Origin: Trichinella spiralis
Lineage: Eukaryota
Direction of reading: 5' to 3'
NCBI RefSeq assembly: GCF_000181795.1
Contig: NW_003526941.1
Span: 5,681,053-5,704,300, forward strand
Length of the DNA stretch: 23,248 nucleotides
The notes under the pieces are model-generated. The model saw only the letters and a list, made by a program, of their open reading frames with translations, had not been told where the DNA came from and did not search any database. The position numbers and the translations under genes are program-made. Of this stretch, positions 9,218-20,637 are shown piece after piece. Each line of letters starts with the position of its first letter. The stretch's first letter is position 1.

Positions 9218-10956
9218 ATGGTGAATGTAGTTTTTTACTTTTGTCTGATAAATTCATTTTTAATTTTCAACACTGCCATTAAACAGCATACTATTCAAGT
9301 GGAACGTGATGTTTACTTATTTAATCGTTATCACGAATGCCTGCGTCGAAGAGGAACTACAGCGAAAACTTTGAACGCGGTTCCACCGGAACATATTGCT
9401 GCACTCGGTGATACCATAATCAGCTTGGATTGCAGACCATGGTAAGGGATTGTTTGAAACAAAATTATCAAAAAATCTTATTACTTATTGTTATTATTAT
9501 TAGTCCACACCCTCGTCTCAAGGAGAACAGAAAATTTTGGTTCTATCGACGTTGGTCTGAAGATGACATTGTCGATGTGCCGTTGTCAAGTGCCGGCTAT
9601 TCAGATCAAGGTTTCGTATTAACCGAAAATTACAGATTACTGCTTGTGGATGTCAATCAAGAACGACACGGTGGTGAATATATCTGCGTTGACATGGACG
9701 GTCATCCACAATCTATTTATTATCTTGAAATTATAAACAATTTGAATGTAAAAATTGTAAGTGATCATTTCCCATCATTATGCATGAATCGGTAGAGGAA
9801 AAAGAAATTACATTTCTACATTTCAGTACAGCCCAGGAGAATATAAATCTACAGTATACGACAGAGAAATTTTACTTCGAGAAGGCCCAGTGAACGTTGT
9901 CACCCAATGGTCAACATGGACGTCGTGCAACAAATGTGAACTTGGCGAACGTAGGCGTTACGGAGAATGTCTGATAAAAGTAAGTTTAGACACTAGAAAC
10001 TGGTTTACACAGACGGAGAGGAGAAATTATTTTTTTCCCTCCGAATTTCAAACGCGACCTGATTGAAACACAACAAACCCGAAGAGAATAGAATAAAAAT
10101 TAAAAAAATTTTTTTCACTTACATTTTTGCGTCGCATTTTGAAATTTCCCGCGCTTTCAGCCGACGGACAATATGACATCAATACGTGATTCACGTCTGC
10201 GGACGTTGTTGTCCATTTTTCCCGGTGGAGTATCGTGCAACAGTGCTTGGCTTCCGGAATGGTTGAAAATGAAACGCCAAGTACAACGGCCAATGTTGAT
10301 CGACACGATGTATTGTGCGGTAGATGATGATGAGATTTTCTTTAAAATTAAAAACCACTGAATTAATTATCTACAGATTGACTGTATACCGCCTGAGAAA
10401 GATCATGATATTACCGAAATGGACGAAAATGGACGCATTTCAGTTGTAGAGCACGTGAAAGCCGGCTTTTATTCACTTCGAGAACAGTTGCCACCTTTGC
10501 CCAAGCCGGTGATACGCCAAGTGCAACAAGTCGACGAAGGCGCATCTCTATCACTATACTGTCCACAGTAAACAATCTGATATCAATTTATTTCTCCAAA
10601 AATTCAAATTTTCATTCTTCAGTGGAAATGAAGCAGTTTATTGGCAACGGGATGATGTTTTCATGCCATCCGCAATTTTGGCCAGCTATACAAACGGTAG
10701 AGCGTTCATAGACGAACAGAATAATTTGGTTTTCACATCTGCCCACAGTCAAGACAGCGGTTTTTACAGTTGTTGGCGTTACGACGGCTTACTATTGTTG
10801 AGCAGTCGGCTTTATGTGGTCGATCCGGAACAAATGGCGGCGATGAAAAGAGCAACCATCGGCGCTGGAAGTGTCATCTTTTTCACTTTTACACTGATCA
10901 TGATTTGCAGTTATAGAAGATCGTCGGCAATGAAATTGAACAAACACGGCACTTGA
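9218..10956 (+). CDS. FAM187-like type I membrane protein (signal peptide, Ig V-like domain, TSP1-like Cys-rich segment, second Ig, transmembrane helix, short basic tail), about 437 aa, 6 exons
   Basis: Hand-spliced exons 9218-9441, 9504-9756, 9827-9979, 10161-10319, 10377-10567, 10623-10956. All introns are GT-AG with consistent phases (1314 nt total). Motifs in order: hydrophobic N-terminus; LDCRPC...FWFY...GGEYIC; TQWSTWTSCNKCELGERRRYGECL; GVSCNS; LSLYCP...VYWQRD...RAFIDEQNNL...DSGFYSCWR; TM IGAGSVIFFTFTLIMIC. These parallel recalled human FAM187A (WEWTPCDRCG...RIGLCY; VVSCGS; RVFIDHGNQL...DRGIYYCWR). Confidence 0.85.
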
Positions 10957-11177
10957 AACAGCCAACACGCCACCAGTTGAGCACTCCCTTACGCACCAAT
11001 TTAACCCAACACGGTTAATTAATTCCTCGACACCTTACAGACTTGAAGACCAGTTTTACCAGGCGCGAAGACATTTGTACTTGAAAATTTATACGTAACA
11101 AAATTAGGTCATTTCATTTTAAATTTCGTTTTGAACAAATCCACGTTTATCATGTTCACTGTATAGGTTTCATAGCA

Positions 11178-11183
11178 AATAAA
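11178..11183 (+). promoter_or_regulatory. Candidate polyadenylation signal of the FAM187-like gene
   Basis: AATAAA about 220 nt after the stop codon, followed by a T-rich tract. AATAAA is common in this AT-rich DNA, so support is weak. Confidence 0.35.
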
Positions 11184-11976
11184 TCTCTTTTTTGGGATGT
11201 AAAAGGCTTTTTAATTAAAAAAAATTACGTAAAATTAATAATTAAAACAAAATAAATTATCAGCAACTTTTGGATAAAATCATCCATAAATTGAAAAGCA
11301 TTCATAAAACACATTCAATGATACAATATTTATTACAATTTAATGTTACATTCATAATTAGAATTAACTGCTAATAGAATAGAAGAAAAACATTTGGCTT
11401 ACGTAAATCGATTCAAAAGTTATACTTTTTTTTACAAATCAGTAAATCTACGATAATAAGTACAATGTATTTTCATTAATAACTGAAAAGTTTGACAATT
11501 ACTGAAAAGAAATGACAATTTGAAATATGAAATTTATAACCTTATAAGTAAAACATTTCGACGGTAGAAAAACTATTTTTTAAATTTATCAATTCTAAAA
11601 TTAGTTAAATACATTAATTATTAGCTGGCAAATCTGCATCACGAATCTCACGATAACAATTACAGTATACTTTTACAAGTTAACAGTTTGTTTTCTTTCA
11701 TCAGAAGCCTTGATTTAATATTAAAATATAAATAAAATTAAATAATTATTTTAAAAGGTTTACAATATAATTAAAAAAACAAAATATTAGAAATCAACTA
11801 AAGATGGAACACATCAAAAAAGTAGGTTGATATATTGCTTACTGTACTTCTCTACGTTCAGTTTGCGTTAGTGTTAATTGGTAAAGCGTGTCGGAGTTGG
11901 AATCATTGCCATTTTTTTAGTTTGTTTAACATTTTGTTCAAGTATTTCATATCCACGCGCAGAATAATCTTTAAAA

Positions 11977-14900
11977 ATGTCGGAAGATTCTGACGTTGAT
12001 TATCCTGAAAGTGGAGTCGATGCGGAAGATATTCACGAAGAAGAATCTGTAAGTTGGTGTATAAATAAAATGCATTTTATTTGTTATTAATTGCAATGTT
12101 ATATTCATTTAGTTATCTGATCACGAGCAGGTCAGTAAACGTCGTTCAAAAGATCGTTCTAAATGGCGGAAAAAGAAGTATAGCGATGATGATGATGATG
12201 ATGACGATGACGAGGTGCTTTTCTAAAATTGTATTGTTTTTCATACGAATGAACGTTTCTATTTTGCAATGTAAGGAATATGACGACGAAGAGGAAGATG
12301 AACAACCTAAGAAAAAACGATTTGGTGCAGCCAGGGAATTTTTTCTTGACGAAGTAGAAGTAGATGACGATGACGAAGAAGAATTGGTAATAATAAATTT
12401 TATATTTTCTTCAAGTATTTTTGTAATGTAATGTTCCTGTTATGTTTAGCCCGAAGAAGGAATGGAAGACGAGGCACGAGAAGCTGAAGAAGCTTTAGCT
12501 GCTGCCAGGCTGTATGAAAGGCGTAGACACCGTGCTCAAATTTGGAAGTAAACTTTATCATGATAAAAGCTTTGAAAAAGTTGAAACAATAACGTTCATT
12601 ATGCGATCGATTTAAGAGATATGACCGAAGATGAAATAAACCAGTACTTCAAGAATAAATACAGTCGAAGTTATAATACTTCTGCTTCAATTGACGAGAG
12701 CATCTATGATGATATAACACAAAAAGGGCTTTTGCCTTGTGCGTCGTAAGTGAATGGAATTTTAGTCTTTATATTTACTAGTGCTTAAAAAAATTTTTTA
12801 AATAAAATTTGATAATTTTTAAATTTTAAGGGATCCCAATTTGTGGTATATCAAATGTCGTATTGGCGAAGAAAAGACAACAGGCATGCTTTTAATGCGT
12901 AAATTTCTTGCCTATCAAAATACTGAGAATGTAAGTTTATGCTATTTCGTTATTTTGTTCGATGAGTCATTTTCGTTTTTGTTTTAGCCTTTGCTTATCA
13001 AATCGATTATTGTCAAAGAAGGTTTGAAAGGCATGATTTATATTGAAGCTTACAAAATGCCTCATGTGATGAGAGCTATTGAAGGAGTTTCTACATTATA
13101 CAAAAATAATGTTCGCGTGAGTTTCTTTATTTATGTTTTCAGTTTATTTTGTTTAACAGTGTGCACTGTTTATATATATATAACTAACTCTGTAATTTTA
13201 AGATGGTCCCAATAAAAGAAACGCCCGATGTATTTAAAGTTATCAAAGATACATCTGCTCTAAAGCCAGGCGTGTTCGTTCGTGTAAAGCGTTCAGTTTA
13301 CAAAGATGATATAGCACAGGTAAAATCAAAATTGTTTTCTGCCATTACTGAATAAGGTAATGACAGTATTTTTAATGGAACTGGTAACAGTAACTTGCTT
13401 GTGTTGCAATATTTATTGATTTTCAAGTTTGAATTGTCTGAATACAATTGATTAAAAAGTTTGTTTGAATGCTGTATTCTTTTATTTAAGTAGTACGATA
13501 AAAAATTCTTAGTAAGATATTCACTTCTGCAATTGCAATTGCGGAGCGTTGTTGTGACAAGTTGGATAAGAAAGTACTAGTTTGAAAATGTTATTAGCAT
13601 ATACAGTTTTAAGATTACATTATAAAATTTTATTCCAATGTTTATTGTGGAAATGTATTTTATTTTTAGGTTGATTGGGTAGATTTATCTCAAAAGTCAA
13701 TACATTTAAAGTTGATTCCCAGGATCGACTATACTCGAATGCGCGGTGCAATGCGCTCTGCAGTAATATTAAAAAAAATTTTGATCTAATCATGCATTAA
13801 GCAACTTAATTTTCAGGGAGAGACGGATGCACCCAAGAAACGTAAAGCACGACCACCAGCAAAGCTTTTTGACTTGGACGCTGTGCGGTATTTATTTATT
13901 TATTTATTTATTTCGAATTGTTTATCGTTTTAGCTAATTTTCTATTATTCTGTTTTAGAGCAATTGGTGGAGAAGTTGGTAAAGATGGTGAATTTTACGT
14001 ATTTGAAGGCAATCGTTATAGTCGACAAGGATTTTTGTACAAATCAATGGCAATTAGTGCAGTTGTAAGAGAATTGTTGTAATAAATTTTTTTTAGTTGT
14101 ATAGATTTTGTCTAATATGACAGGAAGCGAATAACGTGAAGCCGAGTTTGGCAGAATTAGAGAAATTTCAAGTTGGAGTTGATGATTTAAAATCGGAATG
14201 TATGAATGTTATGTTTATACATGAATATAATATATATTTTTTAATTATATTCTTTAATTGATTTAGTAGCGAATACGTTGGTTAGAGAACAGCATGGTCA
14301 GTTTGTTACTGGAGATGTAGTAGAAGTGGTGGAAGGTGAACTTTCGAATTTGCGTGGTAAAGTGACTAGTGTTGATGGAGATACGATTCACGTACAAACT
14401 GCAATACCGGAATTAAAAGTTGATTATATTTTTTTCTTATTTTATTTTATGCTAATGCATGTTGTATTTTTCAGGGTACACTAAAATTTAATGCACATGA
14501 ATTGCGAAAGCATTTCGTAGTTGGCGATCATGTGAAAGTGATTTCCGGTCGATATGAAGGCGATACAGGCTTAATTGTTTCTGTCAACTCAAATTATGTG
14601 ATTTTGATGACTGACTTGAGCATGTCTGAAGTAATAATCATTTATTATTAATTGTTCATATATTTTTTATGTATATGTTTTTCATTTCAGATACAAGTTT
14701 TGCCAAAAGATGTTCAACTGTGCCGTGATGTGTCTACAGGTGTTCATTCCAGTGGCACTTTTCAATATCATGATTTGGTGATGATTGATGCAGAGACTGT
14801 TGGTGTTATTGTGCAAATGGAGCGTGAATATCTTCATGTTTTAAATCAGAATGGCAAAGTGAGATTGTTCATCGTCATCATTATTATTATTATTAAAATT

Positions 14901-17037
14901 TTCTTTGATATATGAAGGTGGTACGCATGAAGCATCAATCTTTATATGGAAAGAAAAGTTCAAAATACGCTGTTGCGCTAGATTGTGAAGGGAACAATAT
15001 TGGAGTAGGTGATGTGTTGAAAGTTATTGACGGTCCAAATAAGGTTTGTTTAGCAATTTCATTTGAATGACAAAGTTATTAAAGAATTGATAATATTTCA
15101 TTTGTACTGTAGGGTTTACAAGGCGAAGTGAAGCATCTGTACCGATCATACTTGTTTATGTATTCGACAACTCATCATAAAGATGGCGGCATGTTTGTTT
15201 GTAGAGCTCGTCATGTGTTAACACTTGGTTTGAATACTTTCGGTGAAGAAGGAAGAAAAGAATATTGTAAAATAAATAATTATTTTATTTGTTGAAATTG
15301 TTTTCTTAATAATTTCAATATAGCATCTTCTCCTCGGGGCGTACTTCGTAGCCCTATGCATCCTAGTGGCGGCGGTGCTGCGGCACGTGGCCAAATGTCG
15401 ACACCATATTACATTGGACGTGGGCGTGTCTGTCGCGACTACGGTGCCATTGGCAAGAGTGTTAGAATTATCAAAGGACCGATGAAAGGTTATCACGGAA
15501 TGGTTAAAGACGCTACAGAATCTACTGCACAGGTTGAATTGCATGCTACATGTAAAACAATTAGTGTGGAACGAAGTCATTTGGAAGTGTTGAGGTGTGT
15601 TTTTGAATTATATTATTTTTAAATATTGTTTTGAATGCGCAAACTGATTGATCGGTCTTTTTAAAGTGGTAATGGTGAACCTTCGCAAGCGTTTCAACCA
15701 TACAAGTCTATGCGACCACCAGATGGCAGTCAAACTCCCTATGCTGACATGGGCAAAACACCAAGATATGGTCCTCACACTCCAATGTATGGCTCGCAAA
15801 CGCCAATGCACGAAGGCGGTCGGACCCCATATTACGGGAGTCAAACACCAATGCACGACGGTAGCCGAACTCCGAGTCATGCCAACGCTTGGGATCCAAC
15901 TGTTCCAAATACGCCAGCTAGGTATGTGAAAAAAAATGCTTCCACAGACATCTAACATTTGCTATTGCTATTTCAGACGTGGTATACCTGATGATGACTT
16001 TGAATATGAGGCAAGTCCGGTGACAAAATATGGAGGACCGGCATCGGTTAGCCCAGCTACTCCTGGGTACTCTGTTGACACTCCATTAGGTTTGTTATTT
16101 TCTTTTTTTTAAATGAATTTTTATGAAAATTTAATTTGTAATTTTTTGTTAGGTGTTCCTTATACTCCGGGCGACTTGTTCTCTGAAAATAGCAGTCCAT
16201 TCTTGATGCAGTCGGCAAATAGTCCTTTATTGGGATCCTATGCTGGAAGTTCTGTTGGCGAAAGTAAAAGATTATATTTTATGGAAATTTATTTTAGGAA
16301 ATTGAATTTTTATTTATTATTATTTCAGGTCCATCATTGCAACCAAGCACTAGCGGATTGTCACTTTTCAGTACAGGTTCTCGTACTTCATTGTCAACTC
16401 CTTCTTCGTCGATTACTTCTGATTCTCCAAAACTAAGTAAAACGGATATGATTTGTTTGTTTCTTTGTTCTGCATATAAAGATTTTTCTGTTTCTACAGG
16501 TTTTGACGGAAATCTTGGCGAATGGGTAGAGCCAAACATGGAAGTTGTGATTCGCGATTATCCTGTCGATCGGATGCTCAATGGTCGCGTTGGAGTGGTG
16601 CAAGCTGTCACGGTAATATCTACATATGTTGAATAAATTTGTCGAGTATTTATTTGTAAAGTTGTTTCACTTATTGTTTCAGGGAGATTCGTGCACAATA
16701 TTCATTCCATCTCTGGAGAAAGCTGTTTCAGTTTACGTTGAGCATCTTGAACCATCAAAGCCGTTGCAAGGAGACAAGGTAAAAAATAATTTAAAAATAA
16801 AACAGTGTCAGTCAGTTAAGTTTTTTTAAAAATGACAGAAGGGTTTCAGCATTTACTGTTGGCATCTTTTTCTAAAAATTACATTTACATTTACAGTTGT
16901 GTTAGAGTATGGAAATGATGTTTTTTATATTAATATCAGTGAGATAATGAATGCACAAAGAACTTCTTGATATTATTTGTGCAGCTGTTTTTCATTTACT
17001 TGGGTAAAGTATGAGAAAATAATCTACTAGTTAACCT

Positions 17038-17068
<31 letters not shown>

Positions 17069-18090
17069 AATGGGAAATTAGATTTGCTGTTAGCTGATTC
17101 TTTTGCTAGATTAAATAATTTTTGAAATTTCAAAAGTGTGGCATCTGTAAACATAAATTTTTCATTATATATTATAAAAGTTATTTCCTTATTTCATTAA
17201 AGATCATTTATTAAATATACTGAAGCATATTTGAAATAATTTGAATAGATTGACATTCTATTTAACGTCACATTTATTTATTTATCGAAAAAGTGATGTG
17301 AAATATGAGATTTTTTCAGTACTGACATGTTGATATAGGTTTATTGAAAAGCCTGTTAAGAGTAAAGTAAATAAATATAATGCTATGACAGCTTGTTGAT
17401 GAACGTTCTTTTTGATGCATGCTTTTGCATTTAAGCTTTCTGACGCATTAGTTATTGCAGAAATAGTTTTGATTGGGCGTTGCGTAATGATTTTGAAAAG
17501 TATTTCATAAGTGAATTAAGAGGTGTATAATTTGTTAATTTTTATTGTCATTTTTCCATATATACATATATGCGAGCTGAGAGGAAAAATTTTGCCGCTT
17601 GAACTGGCGAAGAATAAATAGGTTGCTTTTTGTGTATGGATATATGATCATTATTTAATGCCGTTTGGCTATAATATTCTGCTTATTCGATTCCCTTGAG
17701 TACTTTGCATTTACACTTTGATCGATATCTCTGAACCACACGTGATCCTTTTTTTGGTCGGTTTGCACCACTATTTATCTAACTGATGCTGTTATTGATT
17801 GCATATTAATTTTTTTCTTTATTATACAACTATTATTTTGTTGAGAATTTGTTTTTAAAATTTTGTTTTGCATATATGATTTTTTAATTGTTTATTTATA
17901 AGAGATTTGTTGTTGTTTAAATGCTTAATTATGCGGACTGAATTTTTTTCAGGTTAAAATTATTCGTGGTGAAGATGTTGATTCTACTGGATTGGTAATC
18001 TCAATTGACGGAGTCGAAGGAGTGGTGAAGACGGATTCAGATGAAATTCGTTTGGTCAATATGGCCTTCTTGTGTAAAATGGTCTCTTAA
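11977..18090 (+). CDS. spt-5: Transcription elongation factor SPT5 (DSIF large subunit), about 1054 aa, 25 exons
   Basis: Hand-spliced exons 11977-12048, 12113-12214, 12276-12386, 12450-12547, 12617-12745, 12831-12930, 12988-13116, 13203-13319, 13670-13762, 13817-13887, 13959-14064, 14124-14199, 14267-14418, 14475-14630, 14691-14858, 14918-15043, 15113-15266 (3' end uncertain), 15324-15594, 15667-15921, 15977-16089, 16153-16263, 16329-16436, 16500-16612, 16683-16778, 17953-18090 (3165 nt, in frame). Acidic N-terminus; NGN domain [15 protein letters not shown]...[13 protein letters not shown] motifs ([68 protein letters not shown]); GSQTPM CTR repeats; C-terminal [11 protein letters not shown]. 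Confidence 0.96.
15724..15879 (+). repeat. SPT5 C-terminal repeat region (CTR1), coding tandem repeat
   Basis: Seven Thr-Pro units: [52 protein letters not shown], followed by AWDP. Matches the G-S-R/Q-T-P consensus of metazoan SPT5. Confidence 0.9.
17039..17060 (+). repeat. (AT)11 microsatellite in the last spt-5 intron
   Basis: Direct reading of the sequence. Confidence 0.9.
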
Positions 18091-18609
18091 TCTGCTTGTT
18101 CTACACAGTCATTATGATGAAATGAAGAAGTAAAGAAGCAAACTGGGCACATTCGAACTTCAGCGTAATATGCACTTGTTTGAATATTTTCTTTTTCTTA
18201 TTCTGTTCCTTTAATAGTTTTATTGCTATTGTACCATTTACCCTGATCATTGTTGATCATTATATTACTCTCATGTATATGGCTAATTACCCTTTTCTAT
18301 TAATGTAATTCATATCTGCTTATTTAAAATTTAGTAAATATTAAATGCAAATAATGTTTGGTTATTGTAGCTATTCCGCGCACTATTGTGCAATATTTAC
18401 TTCAGAAAATGGATAATTGCAGTAATTTTTATTGTATAATGAAACAGAAAAATTAATCCAGACGATGACGGCATGGTCGGTAAACTTTTTATTGCAGAAA
18501 TATGGAGAAAATGAAAAAAATTGTGAAGAAATTTGAGTAAGACAAAATTGTTTCAGTTACAATTATATTTTTACATGTTGCGTGGATTTAAGGTGTACAT
18601 TTGTATGCA

Positions 18610-18616
<7 letters not shown>

Positions 18617-18646
<30 letters not shown>
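18617..18646 (+). repeat. (GT)15 microsatellite
   Basis: Direct reading; preceded by degenerate gtgtgc. Confidence 0.92.
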
Positions 18647-18647
<1 letters not shown>

Positions 18648-18675
18648 GTCTAAATGACACCAGATAAGAGATGGA

Positions 18676-18975
18676 ATGACAGCAAATAGAAATTCAATTA
18701 TCCGATGGGAACGACTCCGACGACAAATGGACGTTTTGAATCTCCGGGCCCCGGAACCGTCCACAATCTCCGTTCCTCTTCAGGACATGGAGATGTTCAA
18801 CATTGGCAAATCGATTCCCGCCATTCCACTGCGACCAATCAACGGTCGACAAATCTCGATGCATCTTGTGACGATGAATTGGAAATGTTTCCTTTGCTGG
18901 GAAATTTTTTCCCATCGAACAAGCATTCATACCGATAGAATGAATTTAATTTTTCATTCAGTGAACAAATTTTGA
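18676..18975 (+). CDS. Hypothetical 99-aa ORF with a degenerate C2H2-like motif; strand and frame uncertain
   Basis: ATG-initiated ORF in a GC-elevated island. WKCFLCWEIFSHRTSIHTD fits C-x2-C-x3-F-x5-hydrophobic but has D where the first His is expected. Overlapping ORFs exist in other frames and on the other strand. Confidence 0.25.
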   Translation: MTANRNSIIRWERLRRQMDVLNLRAPEPSTISVPLQDMEMFNIGKSIPAIPLRPINGRQISMHLVTMNWKCFLCWEIFSHRTSIHTDRMNLIFHSVNKF

Positions 18976-20637
18976 ATTTGAACTGAAATTTCCTGGTCAT
19001 CATTTTATTTAACAGTGTTGTTATTTTGAATTTTTTTGGCCAATGGAATGTTGCTTTTGATGGTCGATTGGTTACCGTCTTCGGGTATATTGAGGCAGCT
19101 GGGCACCGTTTTGGTTGTACACGCCGTATTGTTGGCGTTGATGCGTTTTCGGTCCGACGCCAGGCTGGCAGGGAGGAGTTTATTCCAGTTGGCCTTTTTC
19201 CATTTCTTAACCGTGCTCATCCTCTACACCCTGACGCACATATTCGTCGCTGTTGTTGGCCACTTTGTTATTATGAAAATTTCCCTTTAATTTTATCCCT
19301 TTCAACGGATCCCATGATGCTATACATTGGAACGTTGGTTCAATGAATGGAAAACATGGACGGTTAAGGACTGGCCAGGTATGTATGTACGTATGTATGT
19401 ATCTTTATTTCTTTTTTTATTTTTATTTGATAATATGGCTGTTTGATTTTGACGATGACGACATTGATGGTGTTTTGTTTTTCCGCATTTTCCCAGCAAT
19501 TAATTTAGGACAGATTGCTTTGATTGAATCAATTAATTGCTGCACTTTGAGCAGAATGCAATGCAATATATATTGTTATTTACTTTGTCGTTTGCATGGG
19601 TACATTATTATATGTGCATATATAGATGAACAGCATCGATATATTTATTGCAAATTTAATGCAAAAATAAATTAAAAGTTTGAATTTCTCGCGTGCGCTA
19701 TTTTTTAATTTTCTTTCAGTGTTTGGAAAGTTTTTTTTTGCAGAAATTTTGCTCGATATGGTTTTTGAAAAGCGTTTTGCACTGTTTTTGTTATTAATGG
19801 GTAATTATGAACAAATGAATGGTGAAATCGACGATGGCAGGCGACATCTTCAACATGAATAGAAAATGGGTAAGTGGTGGTGATGTTGGTGGATAGGCAA
19901 TGGATTTTGTATTTGGTCTGTTGCTGAAATTGATTGACCGTGAATTTCATGACCACAAGCTATACGTGAATTGATGAAGCTATAAAATTGTGATCATTTC
20001 TTGTCTGCGGGTATGGTGAACATGAGAGAGAATTATGTTAATTTATTCGATCCAATTTGAATTTATATACTTGTGGCTTATTTATTATTTTTATTCATCC
20101 ATTCATTTATGTATGTTATTTTGTTTTTTTTTGTCGAATGAAAATTCAATGAAAAGTTATTGCTTTTTGCTTGTGAGGTTGTTATTTTTTATTCATAACC
20201 GTTTCCATTTTATAGCAGGCAGTTAGTTGAAACAGCGATGGGAGTGAAAGCGAAAGCAAATTGATTGTCTGAATTTTTATTTATTAATTCAACTTTTGAT
20301 ATGCTTTTCCTGCTAACAAGAAGATGACGACAATTTTCCAATGAATACTAAATGATCAGATTCGTAGATTCGGCGCCGATTGACTTTCGGCGAGCAATTT
20401 TGTTTGGTTTCATTGAATTCTATTCTGAAGTTCTGAAGTTCTACTGTCGACGATTGGTCAGCGGTTAATGAGCAACTATTGGTGCAATTTTATTTGTTAA
20501 CAGAGGAAAAAAAGAGCTTGTCATTTCCGTCTATTTAAATTATATTTTAAATTTAAAGGCAACTAGAATAAACAAAAATTATTACATGTGAAAAATATTA
20601 TCATTCTTACTTGCGGTTAGTTGTTGGGTGTTGATTT

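Noticed and set aside
10957..11976. FAM187-like and spt-5 as a nematode operon
   Set aside because: About 1 kb separates stop and start with AT-rich promoter-like DNA between, and nothing in the sequence requires co-transcription. Spliced-leader data would be needed.
15724..15879. Tandem repeats that might suggest a CRISPR-like or satellite array
   Set aside because: Repeats are at the peptide level (SPT5 CTR) with synonymous variation, and there is no repeat-spacer structure.
15218..16539. Extra ORFs in other frames and strands within spt-5
   Set aside because: Explained by overlap with SPT5 exons and CTR repeats.
18114..18246. ATGATGA...CTGA pair resembling C/D snoRNA boxes
   Set aside because: Lies in the spt-5 3' UTR, is long for a C/D RNA, has no terminal stem and shows no evident guide sequence.
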